Assembly: GCA_977017645.1 (NCBI GenBank)
Contig: OZ360233.1
Coordinates: 18,042,001 to 18,106,000, forward strand
DNA from: Torpedo marmorata
Taxonomy: Eukaryota
Length of the DNA: 64,000 nucleotides
Reading direction: 5' to 3'
Part shown: one piece after another, positions 13,562-26,274 of the stretch
Position numbering within the stretch: position 1 is the stretch's first letter
Layout: every line of letters starts with the position of its first letter
Made by a program: the position numbers and the translations under genes
The notes under the pieces: model-generated
Told to the model about the DNA's origin: nothing
What the model saw: only the letters and a program-made list of their open reading frames with translations
Database searches by the model: none

Positions 13562-14030
13562 TCCTCCCCATTGAGTTGTTTGCTGATTCTATGGGCCGTT
13601 CTGCTCGGCGAGTCTCTGTCTGATTGATCAGCGCGTGTCCCCGCGGCTCAGCGCAATTCCTTGCATATCACACACTGCGTTTTTCGTTCCAGGCACAAAT
13701 GTGGAAATCTAGTGTCCCACGGACCGATGGAAAGAATGGACGCGGGAAGGCTGACCGTGTCACTGAGCTCCACTTACCCGACATGGGTTACCATATATTT
13801 TTTGCACATTCAAAGTCCCGTGGAATATTCTATATATTTGATGAAAATCTACAGCTCAGGACGCGTGGTTCCGACCCACGATTGTCCGGTCAGGATGACG
13901 GGTTCTTTGGAGAAATAGACCAGATATTCCGACTCAATATCTCCGAAGCTCTTGAAGCGGACTTCACCGTTTATCTCTGCACCTTGCGGTTCACACTGTT
14001 CCTGGAAGTTTGCTGAGACGCAGAAAAGCT
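13562..14030 (+). pseudogene. TRAV: TRAV-like pseudogene, family C
   Basis: No ATG, GC donor, frameshifted FR1. RSS CACACTG 13992-13998, 23 bp, AGAAAAGCT. Confidence 0.85.
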
Positions 14031-14696
14031 CCTTGTGAGAATTTGCAACGGGCCCTGTCACTTTGGGGCGCACTGTACTCGCCAGCCTATCCCGACCCGC
14101 CCATTGAACCGAAGCGACAGCGAGGTTTCCCTGGAAAGGGTGTTCTCAAAACTACATGAATTTAAACATCCTCCCAGAAGACAGTTCTCTTCCTCTCAGT
14201 CCTCAGTGACGGATTCCTCTTAAGGAGGTTCTGAGGTGGAGGGGAAGAAGACCAAGTGATGCAGATTAGGGTGGACATTGTTTTGCGAGAGAGAAGCGGA
14301 GACAGGAATGTGGGCGAAAGGGACCGAGGCAGAGTGTGGGATCACCAGGGAGGGGAACAGAGGAGAGAGTTGAGAGAGTGAGATCCAATGAGGGAGAGAC
14401 AGAGAGCGCGAAATTGAGAGAGAGAGAGAAATGGGAAGTGGTTTGAGAGAAAACGGGAGAAATGGGACCGGAGTGTACAGATAGAGGGAGAAACTTGCGT
14501 GAAGGACGGGGAACGAGATACAGACTGTCTTAACAACTCGTTCTGATTGGTTTAATGATGGCCACACCAACCAATCCTGTGTGAGGGGAACACTCTCATA
14601 TCTGTCCCAGGCGTTCGTCCTCTCCGAACGTCGCCCCGCCCCTTGTCTAGCTGTAACATGAAGAAATGTTCGGCTTTTCACCTTAATCTTCGTAGC

Positions 14697-14742
14697 ATGT
14701 CCCTCCTGAGTTCTTTGCTGATTCTGTGGGCCATTCACACTG
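14697..14742 (+). other. Orphan TCR V leader exon upstream of a D-family V
   Basis: 46 nt, ATG..MSLLSSLLILWAIHT(G)|GTGAG, with no V exon of its own. Confidence 0.8.
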
Positions 14743-15069
14743 GTGAGTCTGTCTGATTGGTCACCGACTTCTGTCCATCGTCCTTTCTCTACGAGTCTCC
14801 CTCTTTAACCTAATTAAAGTTCGGCGATCCCCCCAAGACTCTCACTCCTTCGCTCTTCCTCTGTTTACTCATTTAAGCTTTCACTCTGTGCTTCCTTAAC
14901 TCACTCGCGCGGTCTCTGCCGCACTCTCTCTCTCGCCTCTCGACACTCTCGTGCGAGGGTAACGACCCCAGCCTCCAACAGAGGTTCTTCTGCTTCCGAC
15001 GTGCGCTGGCGAACATATATCGGGCGAGCATTTGTAAAATATCTTTATTTCGCATTTAGGCCGGGCACC

Positions 15070-15495
15070 ATGTTTCTCCTGAGTTTTTGGCTGATTCTAT
15101 CGGCCATTCTGCCTGGTGAGACTCGTTGGTCAACACGTGTCGTGCTGGATCAGCGCCGTTCCGCGCCATTCACACATTCTGTGTTTTGTTCCAGGGGCGA
15201 GTGGGAACGATTCAGTGACCCAAACACCTCCGGAATTGAGCATCGACGGAGAGCAGATCGTATCACTGAGCTGCAGTTACTCGATGAGTCCCTACGCATA
15301 TTTTTGGTACATTCAACGTCCTGGAGACTCTCCCAAATATATGCTGAAGATCTTCGCGTCAGGAGATGTGTCTCTGTCTCCCGATTGTCCGGAAAGGATA
15401 TCGGCTTCCTTGGAGAAAAAGAGCCAGAGATTCCATCTCAAAATCTCAGAAACCCGCGAGGAGGATTCCGCCGTGTATCTCTGCGCCGTGGAGCT
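15070..15495 (+). CDS. TRAV: Intact TCR alpha/delta variable segment, family D (exons 15070-15115, 15195-15495)
   Basis: MFLLSFWLILSAILPG-ASGNDSVTQ..LSCSYS..YFWYIQRPG..EDSAVYLCAVEL. 79-nt GT-AG intron. Cys23, Trp41 and Cys104 present. Confidence 0.92.
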
Positions 15496-15534
15496 CACAC
15501 TGTTCCAGGGCGGTGGCGGATCCGCACAAAATCT
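15496..15534 (+). promoter_or_regulatory. 23-RSS
   Basis: CACACTG + 23 bp + ACAAAATCT. Confidence 0.92.
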
Positions 15535-15844
15535 CACCTCGAGAATTTCCATCGCTCGGTGTTGCTAGGGGGCGCACTCGGGCACCGGCAGCCAGTTCTG
15601 TCGGTCAGTGCACTGGAAGCGACAACAGGGCCTTCCTGGAGAGTCTGCTGAAAACGGCAATGCCGAGTTGCAGGAGATTTTCCCTCCTCTGAGCGTTTCT
15701 CTTTCTCTGTCTCCTCTGTGTCCGATTCCTTACTTTGAGGTGGAAGGTAGGAAGTCAGGGAGAGAGAAGGAAATGGATAGCCGTTTCCAAGAATATTGTA
15801 GGAAAAGGGAAGGAGTTTTCTTGTGAAGGAAATTGAAAGATTAA

Positions 15845-16500
15845 TAAAGCGGTGAGGGCAGGACAGATGCGTGGACCTTAGGCCTGTCCTTCCTAAAATC
15901 AACAACAAGCTCCCTGGTATTGGTGACATTAAGAACAGGATTGTTGTTCTGTAACCACCCAACCAGGTTCTTGATTTTCATCATGCATTTAGTCTCATAA
16001 TTCCCAGTTATCCGGCCAACACTGGTAGCGTTTTCATCTAATTTGTAGATGGAGTTGGAGCTGAACTTGGCTAAACAGTCATGGGTGCCCATGGCATAGA
16101 TTAGGGGACAAAGCAGGCAGCCTTGGACTGCTCCTGTGTTGATGGTCTGCGAGGAGGAGATGATGCTGGCGATCAGCACTGTTTGGGTCTGCAGTGAGGA
16201 AGTCAAAGATCCAGTCGCAGTGGGATGGGCAGAGTCTCAGATCCTTTCGATTGGCCATAGGGTTTGCAGGTGAAGGTGTGGAACGTCAATGAACAACAGC
16301 CCCACCAATGTGTTTCGGTGATCTAGGTGATTTAATGCAGAGTGGAGAGTCAGTGATATGGCACCGTCCTTTCACCTATTGTGGGGATAGGCCAACTAAA
16401 ATGCGTCCAGGTCCTTCCCCAGATCCGAGTTAATTCGCTACATAACCAAGTTCTCAACAATTGATCACAGTCGGTCACTTTGCTTTTATTGAGCAAGTTG
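15845..16500 (-). mobile_element. Rex1/Babar-type RT fragment (cassette 2 copy)
   Basis: ORF 15841-16206 reads NTGAVQGCLLCPL..LNVTNTRELVVDFRK; paralogous to 3441-4030. Confidence 0.7.
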
Positions 16501-16740
16501 GGGAGGGAGCAGATTGGAAGCGAAGTATGTGCGGGAAGGGCAGAGAAAGACAACCAGAGAGATTGCATTTATACCGCTGGTTTTTATTGGTATCATCGCA
16601 GCGTCATTCAAAGCCAATGACCATTCCTGTGCGAGCGAACAGCTACAAATCTCAGCGCTGCGGCTGCTGCGGACGTGAATTTGTAAACTTACAGCGGGGA
16701 AACATGTAAGAACATATTTTTGTTTTGACCATCATTCGGG

Positions 16741-17160
16741 AACCTGCTGATTCTATGGGCCTTTCTGCCAGGTGAGACTCTGTCTGATCAGTCAGCGCGT
16801 CCCGCGGATTCACTGCAGTCCCGTACCGCTCCCACACTCCGTGTTTCCGTCCAAGCACGAGAGGAGGATTATGTGACCCAAGGACCGCCGGTAGTCATGG
16901 CCGAGGAAAGGCAGAGTCAACCCGCATATTTTGGTACAGACAACGTCTTGCAGAATCTCCCAAATATTTGCTGAAAATGTACAGCTGGGGAGATGTGGTT
17001 TGGCCTCACGATTGTCCAGACTGGATATCGCGTTCCTTGGAGAAAAGGCGCCAGCAATTTCACTTGTCTATCTCTGGGTCACTTGTGGAGGACTCCGTCG
17101 TGTCTGTCTTCGCCGTGCGGCCACACTGTTCCTGGGCCATGACGGATCCGCACAAAAATT
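16741..17160 (+). pseudogene. TRAV: TRAV-like pseudogene, family A
   Basis: Leader start deleted, 30-bp deletion over the Cys23 region, no Cys104. RSS CACACTG 17122-17128, 23 bp, ACAAAAATT. Confidence 0.85.
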
Positions 17161-17774
17161 CACTTTGAAAATGAGGCAAGTGCCGTGCGGCGCCGCGATT
17201 TACGCCTGCGTGAGCAAAGACGGTTCTCTTCCTCACCGTTCTGAGAAAAAACACGGATTAAGGTGGATAGCGTTTACCAGAGAGGAGCGGAGATAGGAGA
17301 TGAAGGTAATGGATAAAGCGACGGATTGATATAAATTGAGAGAGAGAAGCACAATGAGAGTTGAGGAGTGAGAGAAGGAGACACGGAATGATGGAAGGAG
17401 AGATGTGATTGACGAAGAGAGAGAGAGAGAGAAAATACGAGGGAGGGCACAGAGAGCGGGAGTGAGAGAGAGTATGACAATGAGTGAATGACACATTCAA
17501 CGAGGAAGATGGGGAGTGAGCAATAGTGGGTTGAGAAAGAGAGAGAGATGTGGAGTATACAGAGAGGCGGAGAAACGTGAGAAGGATGGAAATGTGGGAG
17601 ACTGCCCGCATTAACATCCTGATTTGATTAGCTCAATGCTAGCGTTATCTTGACTCAAGGAGCAATCCCGTGCGAGGAAAAAGCCCTGTGGGTCGGAGCT
17701 CCCGATTTCACCCCAATCTCTTACATCGGGGTAACAGGAGGAAATGTTCTCCGTTTGACCTTTATTCGGGCACC

Positions 17775-18211
17775 ATGTACCCCCTGAGTTGTTTACTGAC
17801 ACGATGGGCCATTCTGCCTCGCGAGTCTCTGTGTGGTTTGTCAGGACGTGTCCGCTCGTTTCAGCGGTTCGTGTTTTGTTCCAGGTACGATAGGGGAACA
17901 TTCAGTAACCCAAGGACCACCAGAACGTATGGCAGAGGAATTGCAGACCGTGTCACTGAGGCGAAGTTGCGTACCTCCGTACATTTTGGTACATTCAATA
18001 TCCTGGAGAACAACCGAATTATTTCCTGAAAATGTACAGCGGGGGAGATGTGGCTCCATCTCAAGTTTGCGCAAGAGGATATCGGTTTTCTTGGAGACAA
18101 AGAGCCAGAGGTTCGACTTGACTGTCTACGGGACGCTTGTGTCGGACAGCGCCCTGTATCTCTGCGTCGTGCAGCCCACTGTTCCAGGGCGATGGTGGGT
18201 CCACAAAAACA
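17775..18211 (+). pseudogene. TRAV: TRAV-like pseudogene, family B
   Basis: Donor lost (cgcgag), internal frameshifts, YLCVVQP end, CCCACTG with a 21-bp spacer. Confidence 0.85.
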
Positions 18212-19069
18212 CTCTGGTAATTAGAAATAGGCAGTGCCACCAGGGCGCGTGCTTTCCCCCACACAGTCCTCACCAGTGCACAGGACGGAGACGGCAACTG
18301 TGCATCACGGGAGATAGTCTTCTCCAAAGTGCAGCGCCGGTATTTACCCTGGCGTGAGGAAAGACGTTTGTCTCACTCTCTGTTCCGAGGAGGAGGGGAG
18401 GAATTTAGAGAAAAGCGCGATTTAGGGTGGACCGTCGTTTGCGAGAGAGGAGGAGTGACAGGAACTGCTTGGATAGGGAGTGAGCGAAAGGGTGAAAGGA
18501 ATTAAGAGAGAAAGGTGAGGAGTGAAAGAGAGCGAATGAAAGTGAGAGATCGTGATTGACGAAGAGAGATATCACAGGAGGGAGGAAGTGGACAGGGAGT
18601 TGTATGTGAGAAAGGGTGTGAAAATGAGTTAATGAAGGAGACATTGAGAGGGCAAGAACGGGAGTGAAAGGGACAGGCGGTAGGTGCGACTGTGGGAATT
18701 GAAGGGAGGGAGAGATTGGCACTGCTCACGAAAGTTTAAATAAATGTAAGTCGGAGTCGCATAGAGGAAGGAAGCGTAAAAGAACGCGAGAAGGGGCGAG
18801 AGGGTGCAGGAAAACGAGTGAAGGTGATTGAAAGGGCGGAGCAAGAGAGAAGAAGAGAGAGACGTGGGGATTGTAAATATAGATGGAGAAACACGTGCGA
18901 AAACGACGGAGAATGAGAAACGGCCAACATTAACAACGAGTTTTCATTGGTCCAACAACGGCGTCCTTTTGAGCCCCTATGTGAGGGGATTGGCGGCTAC
19001 TGACGTGACCCCTCTTTTTATATCGGGGTAGCATATGGAAATATTCGGCTGTTCACCTTCATTCTGGCT

Positions 19070-19527
19070 TCCTCACCATCCAGTAGTTTGCTGATTCTAT
19101 GGGCCGTTCTGCTTGTCGAGTCTCTGTCTGATTGGTCAGCGCGTGTCCCTCCCGGCTCAGCGCAATTCCTCGCATATCACACACTGTGTGTTTCATTCCA
19201 GGCACAAATGTGGAAATCTAGTGACCCACCGACCGATGGAACGGATGGCCGCACGAAATGTCGCTGACCTCCAGTTAGCCGAAAAAGGCTACCGTATGTT
19301 TTTGGTACATTCAAATTCCCGTGGAATCTTGGATATATTTGGTGAAAATGTACAGCGCAGGAGATGAGGATCCGTGTCACGATTGTCCGGACAGGATGAC
19401 GGGTTCCTTGGAGAAAAGGGGCAGGTAATCTCAATATCTCCGAAGCTCTTGAAGCGGACGTGGCCGTTTATGTCTGCGCGGTGCGGCTCACACTGTTCCT
19501 GGCATATTGCGGAGACGCACAAAAGCT
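19070..19527 (+). pseudogene. TRAV: TRAV-like pseudogene, family C
   Basis: No ATG or GT donor, frameshifts. RSS CACACTG 19489-19495, 23 bp, ACAAAAGCT. Confidence 0.85.
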
Positions 19528-19947
19528 CATTCTGAGATGGGAAGTGGTTTGAAAGAAAATGGCAGAAAGAAGACGGGAGAGCGTGTTAAGGATTGTGAAA
19601 AGTTAAGCAGGTGAAAACGTGAGACAGAGTGAGGTTGAGCAATAGAACGAAAGAAGGGGAGAGAGGGTGGAGTGAGTGAAAGGGAGGGAGGAGATACACA
19701 GATGGAAGGAGAAAGATGCGGCGAGTGTACAGATAGAGGGTGATATTTGCGTGAAGCACGGGGATCGAGATACAGACTGTCTTATCAACTCGGTCTGATT
19801 GGTTCAATAATGGCCACTCGAACCAATCCTGTGTGAGGGAAACACTCACATATCTGTCCTAGGCGTTGGTTCGCTCATAACATCGCCCCACCCCTTGTCT
19901 AGCGGTAACACAAAGAACTATTCGATTTTGACCTTAATCCGCGTACC

Positions 19948-19993
19948 ATGTACTCCCTGAGTTGTTTGCTGATTCTGTGGGCCGTTCTGACTG
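19948..19993 (+). other. Orphan TCR V leader exon
   Basis: MYSLSCLLILWAVLT(G)|GTGGG. Confidence 0.8.
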
Positions 19994-20358
19994 GTGGGTC
20001 TGTCTGATTGATCAGTTACGTCTGTCCAACGTCCTTGCTCTACGAGTCTCACTCTATAACTTAATTAAAGGTGGACAATTCCCCCAAGTCAAACCCTCTC
20101 CGTCGCATGTTCTCCCACCGTTTACTCATTTACACACTCTCTGTTTACTGAACTTCATCACGGTCGCTCAGTCTCTGTATCTCTGTCGCTCTATCTCTGT
20201 AGCTCGATCTCTCTCTCTCTCTCGCTCCTCGCCGTTCTCGTGAGAGGGAAACGGCCCGTGTCTCCAAAAGAGTTTCTGCTGCTTCCGACGTGAGTTTGCG
20301 CTCTTCTATCGGGCGAGCATTTGTAAAATATCCTTCCTTCGAATTTAATCCGGGCATC

Positions 20359-20784
20359 ATGTTCCTCCTTTGTCGTTCCCTGATTCTATGGGCCGTTCTG
20401 CCTGGTGAGACTGATTGATCAACACGTGTCCCGCGGGGTCAGTGCCGTTTCACGCTGTTCACACATTCTGTCTTTTGTTCCAGGGGCGAGTGGGAACGAT
20501 TCAGTGACCCAAGAACCCCTGGAACTGATTGTCAATGAAGGGCAGATCGTATCACTGAGCTGCAGTTACTCGATGAATCCCGATGCATATTTTTGGTACA
20601 TTCAACGTCCTGGAGAATCTCCCAAATATTTGCTGAAAAGCTACATGTCAGGAGATGTGGTTCCGTCGCCCGATTGTCCGGAGAGGATATCGGGTTCATT
20701 GGAGAAAAAGAGCCAGACATTCCACCTCAATAACTCGAAAACCCTTGTGGAGGATTCCGCCGTGTATCTCTGCGCCGTGGAGCT
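20359..20784 (+). CDS. TRAV: Intact TCR alpha/delta variable segment, family D (exons 20359-20404, 20484-20784)
   Basis: MFLLCRSLILWAVLPG..NDSVTQEPLE..CSYSMNPDAYFWYIQ..DSAVYLCAVEL; open frame. Confidence 0.92.
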
Positions 20785-20823
20785 CACACTGTTCCAGGGC
20801 GGTGGTGGATTCGCACAAAAACT
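20785..20823 (+). promoter_or_regulatory. 23-RSS
   Basis: CACACTG + 23 bp + ACAAAAACT. Confidence 0.93.
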
Positions 20824-21132
20824 CAACTAGAGAATTTCCATCGCTCGGTGTTGCTAGGGGGCGCACTCGGGCACGGACAGCCAGTTCTGTCGGTCAGCGC
20901 AATGGAAGCGACAAGACGACCTTCCTGGAGAATCTGCAGAAAACGGCAATGCCGAGTTGCAGGAGATTTTCCCTCCTCTGAGCGTTTCTCTTTCTCTGCC
21001 TCCTCTGTGTCCGATTCCTTACTTTGAAGTGGAAGGTAGGAATCAGGGAAAGAGAAGGAAATGGATAGCTGTTTCCAAGAATATTGTAGGAAAAGGGAAG
21101 GAGTTTTCTTGTGATGGAAATTGAAAGATTAA

Positions 21133-21800
21133 TAAAGCGGTGAGGGCAGGACAGATGCGTGGACCTTAGGCCTGTCCTTCCTAAAATCAACAACAAGCTC
21201 CCTGGTATTGGTGACATTAAGAACAGGATTGTTGTTCTGGAACCACCCAACTAGGTTCTTGATTTTCATCATGCATTTAGTCTCATCATTTCCAATTATC
21301 CGGCCAACACTGGTAGCGTTGTCATCTAATTTGTAGATGGAGTTGGAGCTGAACTTGGCTAAACAGTCATGGGTGCCCATGGCATAGATTAGGGGACAAA
21401 GCAGGCAGCCTTGGACTGGTCCTGTGTTGATGGACAGCGAGGAGGAGGTGATGCTGGCGATCAGCACTCTTTGTGCTGTTTGTGTCTGCAGATGAGGAAG
21501 TCAAAGATCCAGTCGCAGTGGGATGGGCAGAGACTCAGATCCTTTCGATTGGCCATAGGGTTTGCAGGTGAAGGTGTGGAACGTCAATGAACAACAGCCC
21601 CACCAATGTGTTTCGGTGATCTAGGTGATTTAATGCAGAGTGGAGAGTCAGTGATATGGCATCGTCCTTTGGCCTATTGTGGGGATAGGCCAACTGAAAT
21701 GCGTCCAGGTCCTTCCCCAGATCCGAGTTAATTCGCTACATAACCAAGTTCTCAAAACAATTAATCACATTCGGTCACTTTGCTTTTATTGAGCAAGTTG
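21133..21800 (-). mobile_element. Rex1/Babar-type RT fragment (cassette 3 copy)
   Basis: ORF 21129-21467; near-identical to 15845-16500. Confidence 0.7.
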
Positions 21801-22044
21801 GGGAGGGAGCAGATTGCAAGCTATGTATGTGCGGCAAGGGCAGAGAAAGACAATCAGAGAGATTGCATTTATACCGCTGGTTTTTATTGGTATCATCGCA
21901 GCGTCATTCAAAGCCAATGACCATTCCTGTGCGAGCGAACAGCTACAAATCTCAGCGCTGCGGCTGCTGCGGACGTGAATTTTTAAACTTACAGCGGGGA
22001 AACATGTAAGAACATATTTTTGTTTTGACCATCATTCGGGAACC

Positions 22045-22479
22045 ATGTCTCCCAAGAGGTACCTGCTGATTCAATGGGCCATTCTGCCAGGTGAGACTGT
22101 CTGATCAGTCAGCGCTTCCCGCGGATTCAGCGCAGTCCCGTCCCGCTCCCACACTCCGTGTTTCCGTCCAAGCACGAGAGGGGAGGATTATGTGACACAA
22201 GGACCGCCGGTAGTCATGGCCGAGGAAAGGCAGAGTCAACCCGCATATTTTGGTACATACAACGTCTTGCAGAATCTCCCAAATATTTGCTGAAAATGTA
22301 CAGCTGGGGAGATGTGGTTTGGCCTCACGATTGTCCAGACTGGATATCGCGTTCCTTGGAGAAAAGGCGCCAGCGATTTCACTTGTCTATCTCTGGGTCT
22401 CTTGTGGAGGACTCCGTCGTGTATGTCTACGCCGTGCGGCCACACTGTTCCTGGGCCATGACGGATCCGCACAAAAATT
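22045..22479 (+). pseudogene. TRAV: TRAV-like pseudogene, family A
   Basis: Leader MSPKRYLLIQWAILPG. Acceptor altered, same 30-bp deletion as the 16.7 kb copy, VYVYAVRP (no Cys104). RSS 22441-22479 intact. Confidence 0.86.
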
Positions 22480-23094
22480 CACTTTGAAAATGAGGCAAGT
22501 GCCGTGCGGCGCCGCGATTTACGCCTGCGTGAGCAAAGACGGTTCTCTTCCTCACCGTTCTGAGAAAAAACACGGATTGAGGTGGATAGCGTTTTACCAG
22601 AGAGGAGCGGAGACAGGAGATGAAGATAATGGAGAAAGCGACGGATTGATATAAATTGAGAGAGAGAAGCACAATGAGAGTTGAGGAGTGAGAGAAGGAG
22701 ACACGGAATGATGGAAGGAGAGATGTGATTGACGAAGAGAGAGAGAGAGAGAGAAATACGAGGGAGGGAACAGAGAGCGGGAGTGAGAGACAGTATGACA
22801 ATGAGTGAATGACACATTCAACGAGGAAGATGGGGAGTGAGCAATAGTGGGTTGAGAAAGAGAGAGAGATGTGGAGTATACAGAGAGGCGGAGAAACGTG
22901 AGAAGGATGGAGAATGGGAGACTGCCCGCATTAACATCCTGATTTGATTAGCTCAATGCTACCGTTATCTTGACTCAAGGAGCAATCCTGTGCGAGGAAA
23001 AAGCCCTGTGGGTCGGAGCTCCCGATTTCACCCCAATCTCTTACATCGGGGTAACAGGAGGAAATGTTCTCCGTTTGACCTTTATTCGGGCACC

Positions 23095-23519
23095 ATGTAC
23101 CCCCAGAGTTGTTTACTGACACGATGGGCCATTCTGCCTCGCGAGTCTCTGTGTGGTTTGTCAGGACGTGTCCGCTCGTTTCAGCGGTTCGTGTTTTGTT
23201 CCAGGTACGATTGGGGAACATTCAGTAACCAGAACGCATGGCAGAGGAATTGCAGACCGTGTCACTGAGGTGAAGTTGGGTACCTCCGTACATTTTGGTA
23301 CATTCAATATCCTGGAGAACAACCCAATTATTTCCTGAAAATTACAGCTGGGGAGATGTGGCTCCATCTCAAGTTTGCGCAAGAGGATATCGGTTTTCTT
23401 GGAGACAAAGAGCCAGAGGTTCTATTTGACTGCCTACGGGACGCTTGTGTCGGACAGCGCCATGTATCTCTGCGTCGTGCAGCCCACTGATCCAGGGCGA
23501 TGGTGGGTCCACAAAAACA
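23095..23519 (+). pseudogene. TRAV: TRAV-like pseudogene, family B
   Basis: Donor lost, deletions, YLCVVQP end, degenerate RSS. Confidence 0.85.
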
Positions 23520-24376
23520 CTCTGGTAATTAGAAATAGGCAGTGCCACCAGGGCGCGTGCTTTCCCCCACACAGTCCTCACCAGTGCACAGGACGGAGAC
23601 GGCAACTGTGCATCACGGGAGATAGTCTTCTCCAAAGTGCAGCGCCGGTATTTACCCTGGCGTGAGGAAAGACGTTTGTCTCACTCTCTGTTCCGAAGAG
23701 GAGGGGAGGAATTTAGAGAATAGCGCGGATTTGGGTGGACCGTCGTTTGCGAGAGAGGAGGAGTGACAGGAACTGCTTGGATAGGGAGTGAGCGAAAGGG
23801 TGAAAGGAATTTAGAGAGAAAGGTGAGGAGTGAGAGAGAGCGAATGAAAGGGAGAGATCGTGATTGACGAAGAGAGATATCACAGGAGGGAGAAAGTGGA
23901 CAGGGAGTTGTATGTGAGAAAGGGTGTGTAAATGATTTAATGACGGAGACATTGAGAGGGCAAGAACGGGAGTGAAAGGGACAGGCGGTAGGTGCGACTG
24001 TGTGAATTGAAGGGAGGGCGAGATTGGCACTGCTCACGAAAGTTTAAATAAGTGTAAGTCGGAGTCGCATAGAGGAAGGAAGCGTAAAAGAACGCGAGAA
24101 GGGGCGAGAGGGTGCAGGAAAACGAGTGAAGGTGATGGAAAGGGCGGAGCAAGAGAGAAGAAAAGAGAGACGTGGGGATTGTAAATATAGATGGAGAAAC
24201 ACGTCCGAAAACGACGGAGAATGAGAAACGGCCAACATTAACAACGAGTTTTCATTGGTCCAATAACGGCGTCCTTTTGAGCCCCTATGTGAGGGGATTG
24301 GCGGCTACTGACGTGACCCCTCTTTTTATATCGGGGTAGCATATGGAAATATTCGGCTGTTTACCTTCACACTGGC

Positions 24377-24685
24377 ATGGTCCCCATTCAGTTGTTTGAT
24401 GATTCTATGGGCCTTTCTGCTTGGCGAGTCTCTGTCTGATTGGTCAGCGCTTGTCCCTCCCGGCTCAGCGCAATCCCGCGCATCTCAGACACTGCACGTT
24501 TCGTGCCAGGCACAAATTGGGAAAATTTAGTGACCCACGGACAGCCGTAACGGATGGCCGCGGGAAAAAAGACGGTGTCACTGAGCTCTTGGTACCCGAC
24601 AAGGATTACCGTATATTTTTGGTACATTCAAAATCCCGCGGAATCTTCCATATATTTGCTGAATGTTTGCAGCTCAGGAGATGAG
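24377..24685 (+). pseudogene. TRAV: TRAV-like pseudogene, family C, 3'-truncated
   Basis: Out-of-frame leader. The V stops after SSGD because of a ~0.5 kb deletion relative to paralog 55611-56460. Confidence 0.82.
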
Positions 24686-25132
24686 GTAGAGATAGAGAGC
24701 GCGAAATTGAGAGTGAGAGAGATGGGAAGTGGTTTGAGAGAAAACGGGAGAAAGAGGACTGGAGAGCGTGTTAAGGATTGCGAAAAATTAAGCAGGTGAA
24801 AACGTGAGACAGAGTGAGGTGGAGGAATAGAACGACAGAAGGGGAGAGAGGGTGGAGTGAGTGAAAGCGAGGGAGGAGATACAAAGAGGGAAGGAGAAAG
24901 ACGCGGTGAATGTACAGATAGAGGAAAAAACTTGCGTGAAGGACGGGGAACGAGATGCAGACTGTCTTAACAACTCGGTTTGATTGGTTCAATAATGGCC
25001 ACACCAACCAATCCTGTGTGAGGGAAACACTCTCATATCTGTCCCAGGCGTTGGTCCGCTCATAACATCGACCCACCCCTTGTATAGCGGTAACACATAG
25101 AAATATTTGCTTTTGACCTTATTCCGCGTACC

Positions 25133-25178
25133 ATGGACCTGCTGAGTTGTTTTCTGCTTCTATGGGCCGTTCTGACTG
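25133..25178 (+). other. Orphan TCR V leader exon
   Basis: MDLLSCFLLLWAVLT(G)|GTGCG. Confidence 0.78.
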
Positions 25179-25500
25179 GTGCGTCTTTCTGATTGGTCAC
25201 CGACTTCTGTGCATCTTTCTTGCTCTACGTGTCTCCCACTTTAACCTAATAAAAGTTCGGTGATACCCCAAGACTCACAGTCCTTCTCTCTCCCTCCGTT
25301 TACTCATTTACACTTTCACTCTGTGCTTACTGATCTCCCTTGCGCGGTCTCTCCCGCACTCTCTCGCTCCTCGCCGCTCTCGTGCGAGGGAAACAACCCC
25401 TGTCTCCAAGAGAGATTCTTCTGCTTCCGACATGAGCTTGCGGCCTTTTATCCGGCGAGCATTTGGAAAATATCGTTCTACCGAATTTAAGCTGGGCATT

Positions 25501-25961
25501 ATATTCCTCCTGAGTTGTTGGCTGATTCCATGGGCCGTTCTGCCTGGTGAGATTGATTGCCAACTCATGTTGCGTGGATTCAGCGCCATCCAGCGCAGTT
25601 CACACATTCTGTTTTGTTCCAGGGGCGAGTGGGAACGATGCAGTGACCCAAAGACCGACGGAACTGATAGTCGATGAAGGGCAGATCGTATCACTGAGCT
25701 GCAGTTACTCGATGAGTGCCGAGGCATATTTCTGGTACATTCAACGTCCCGAGAATCTCCAAAATACTTGCTAAAAATGTACACGTCAGGAGATGTGGTT
25801 CAGTCTCACGATTTTCCGGAGAGGATATCGGGTTCCTTGGAGAAACAGAGCCAGAGATTCCACCTCAATATCTCAAAAACCTGTGAGGAGGATTCCGCCG
25901 TGTATCACTGCGCTGTGGTTTTCACTCTGTTCCAGGGCGGTGGAGGATCCGCATAAAAACT
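25501..25961 (+). pseudogene. TRAV: TRAV-like pseudogene, family D
   Basis: ATG mutated to ATA at 25501, and a 1-nt deletion after WYIQRP. RSS CACTCTG 25923-25929, 23 bp, ATAAAAACT. Confidence 0.88.
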
Positions 25962-26274
25962 CACCTCGAGAATTTCCATCGCTCACTGTGGCTAGTGGGT
26001 GCACTCGGTGACGGGCAGCCAGTCCTGCCCGTCCGCTCAATGGAAGCGACAGCACGACCTTCCTGGAGAGTCTGCTGAAAATGGCAACGCCGAGTTGCAG
26101 GAGATTTGTGCTCCTCTGAGCGTTTCTCTTTCTCTGCCTCCTCTGTGTCCGATTCCTTACTTTGAGGTGGAAGGTAGGAAGTCAGGGAGAGAGAAAAAAA
26201 TGAATAGCTGTTTCCAAGAATATTGTAGGAAAAGGGAAGGAGTGTTTAAGTGATGGAAATTGAGAGATTAAAAA

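Noticed and set aside
15496-15568. V frames read through the RSS as TLFQGGG..AQKL, resembling a germline-joined J (FGxG..KL)
   Set aside because: TL and QKL are simply the translated heptamer and nonamer. There is no true FGxG motif and I saw no J-type splice donor, so the segments are unrearranged.
15116-15568. ORF-track proteins starting MRLI/MRLV as single-exon genes
   Set aside because: The GTG start is the GT splice donor and the N-terminal part is intron.
17833-18357. 174-aa open frame across a family B V
   Set aside because: Compensating frameshifts scramble the core (no Cys23 or Trp41 in frame), and the donor and RSS are defective.
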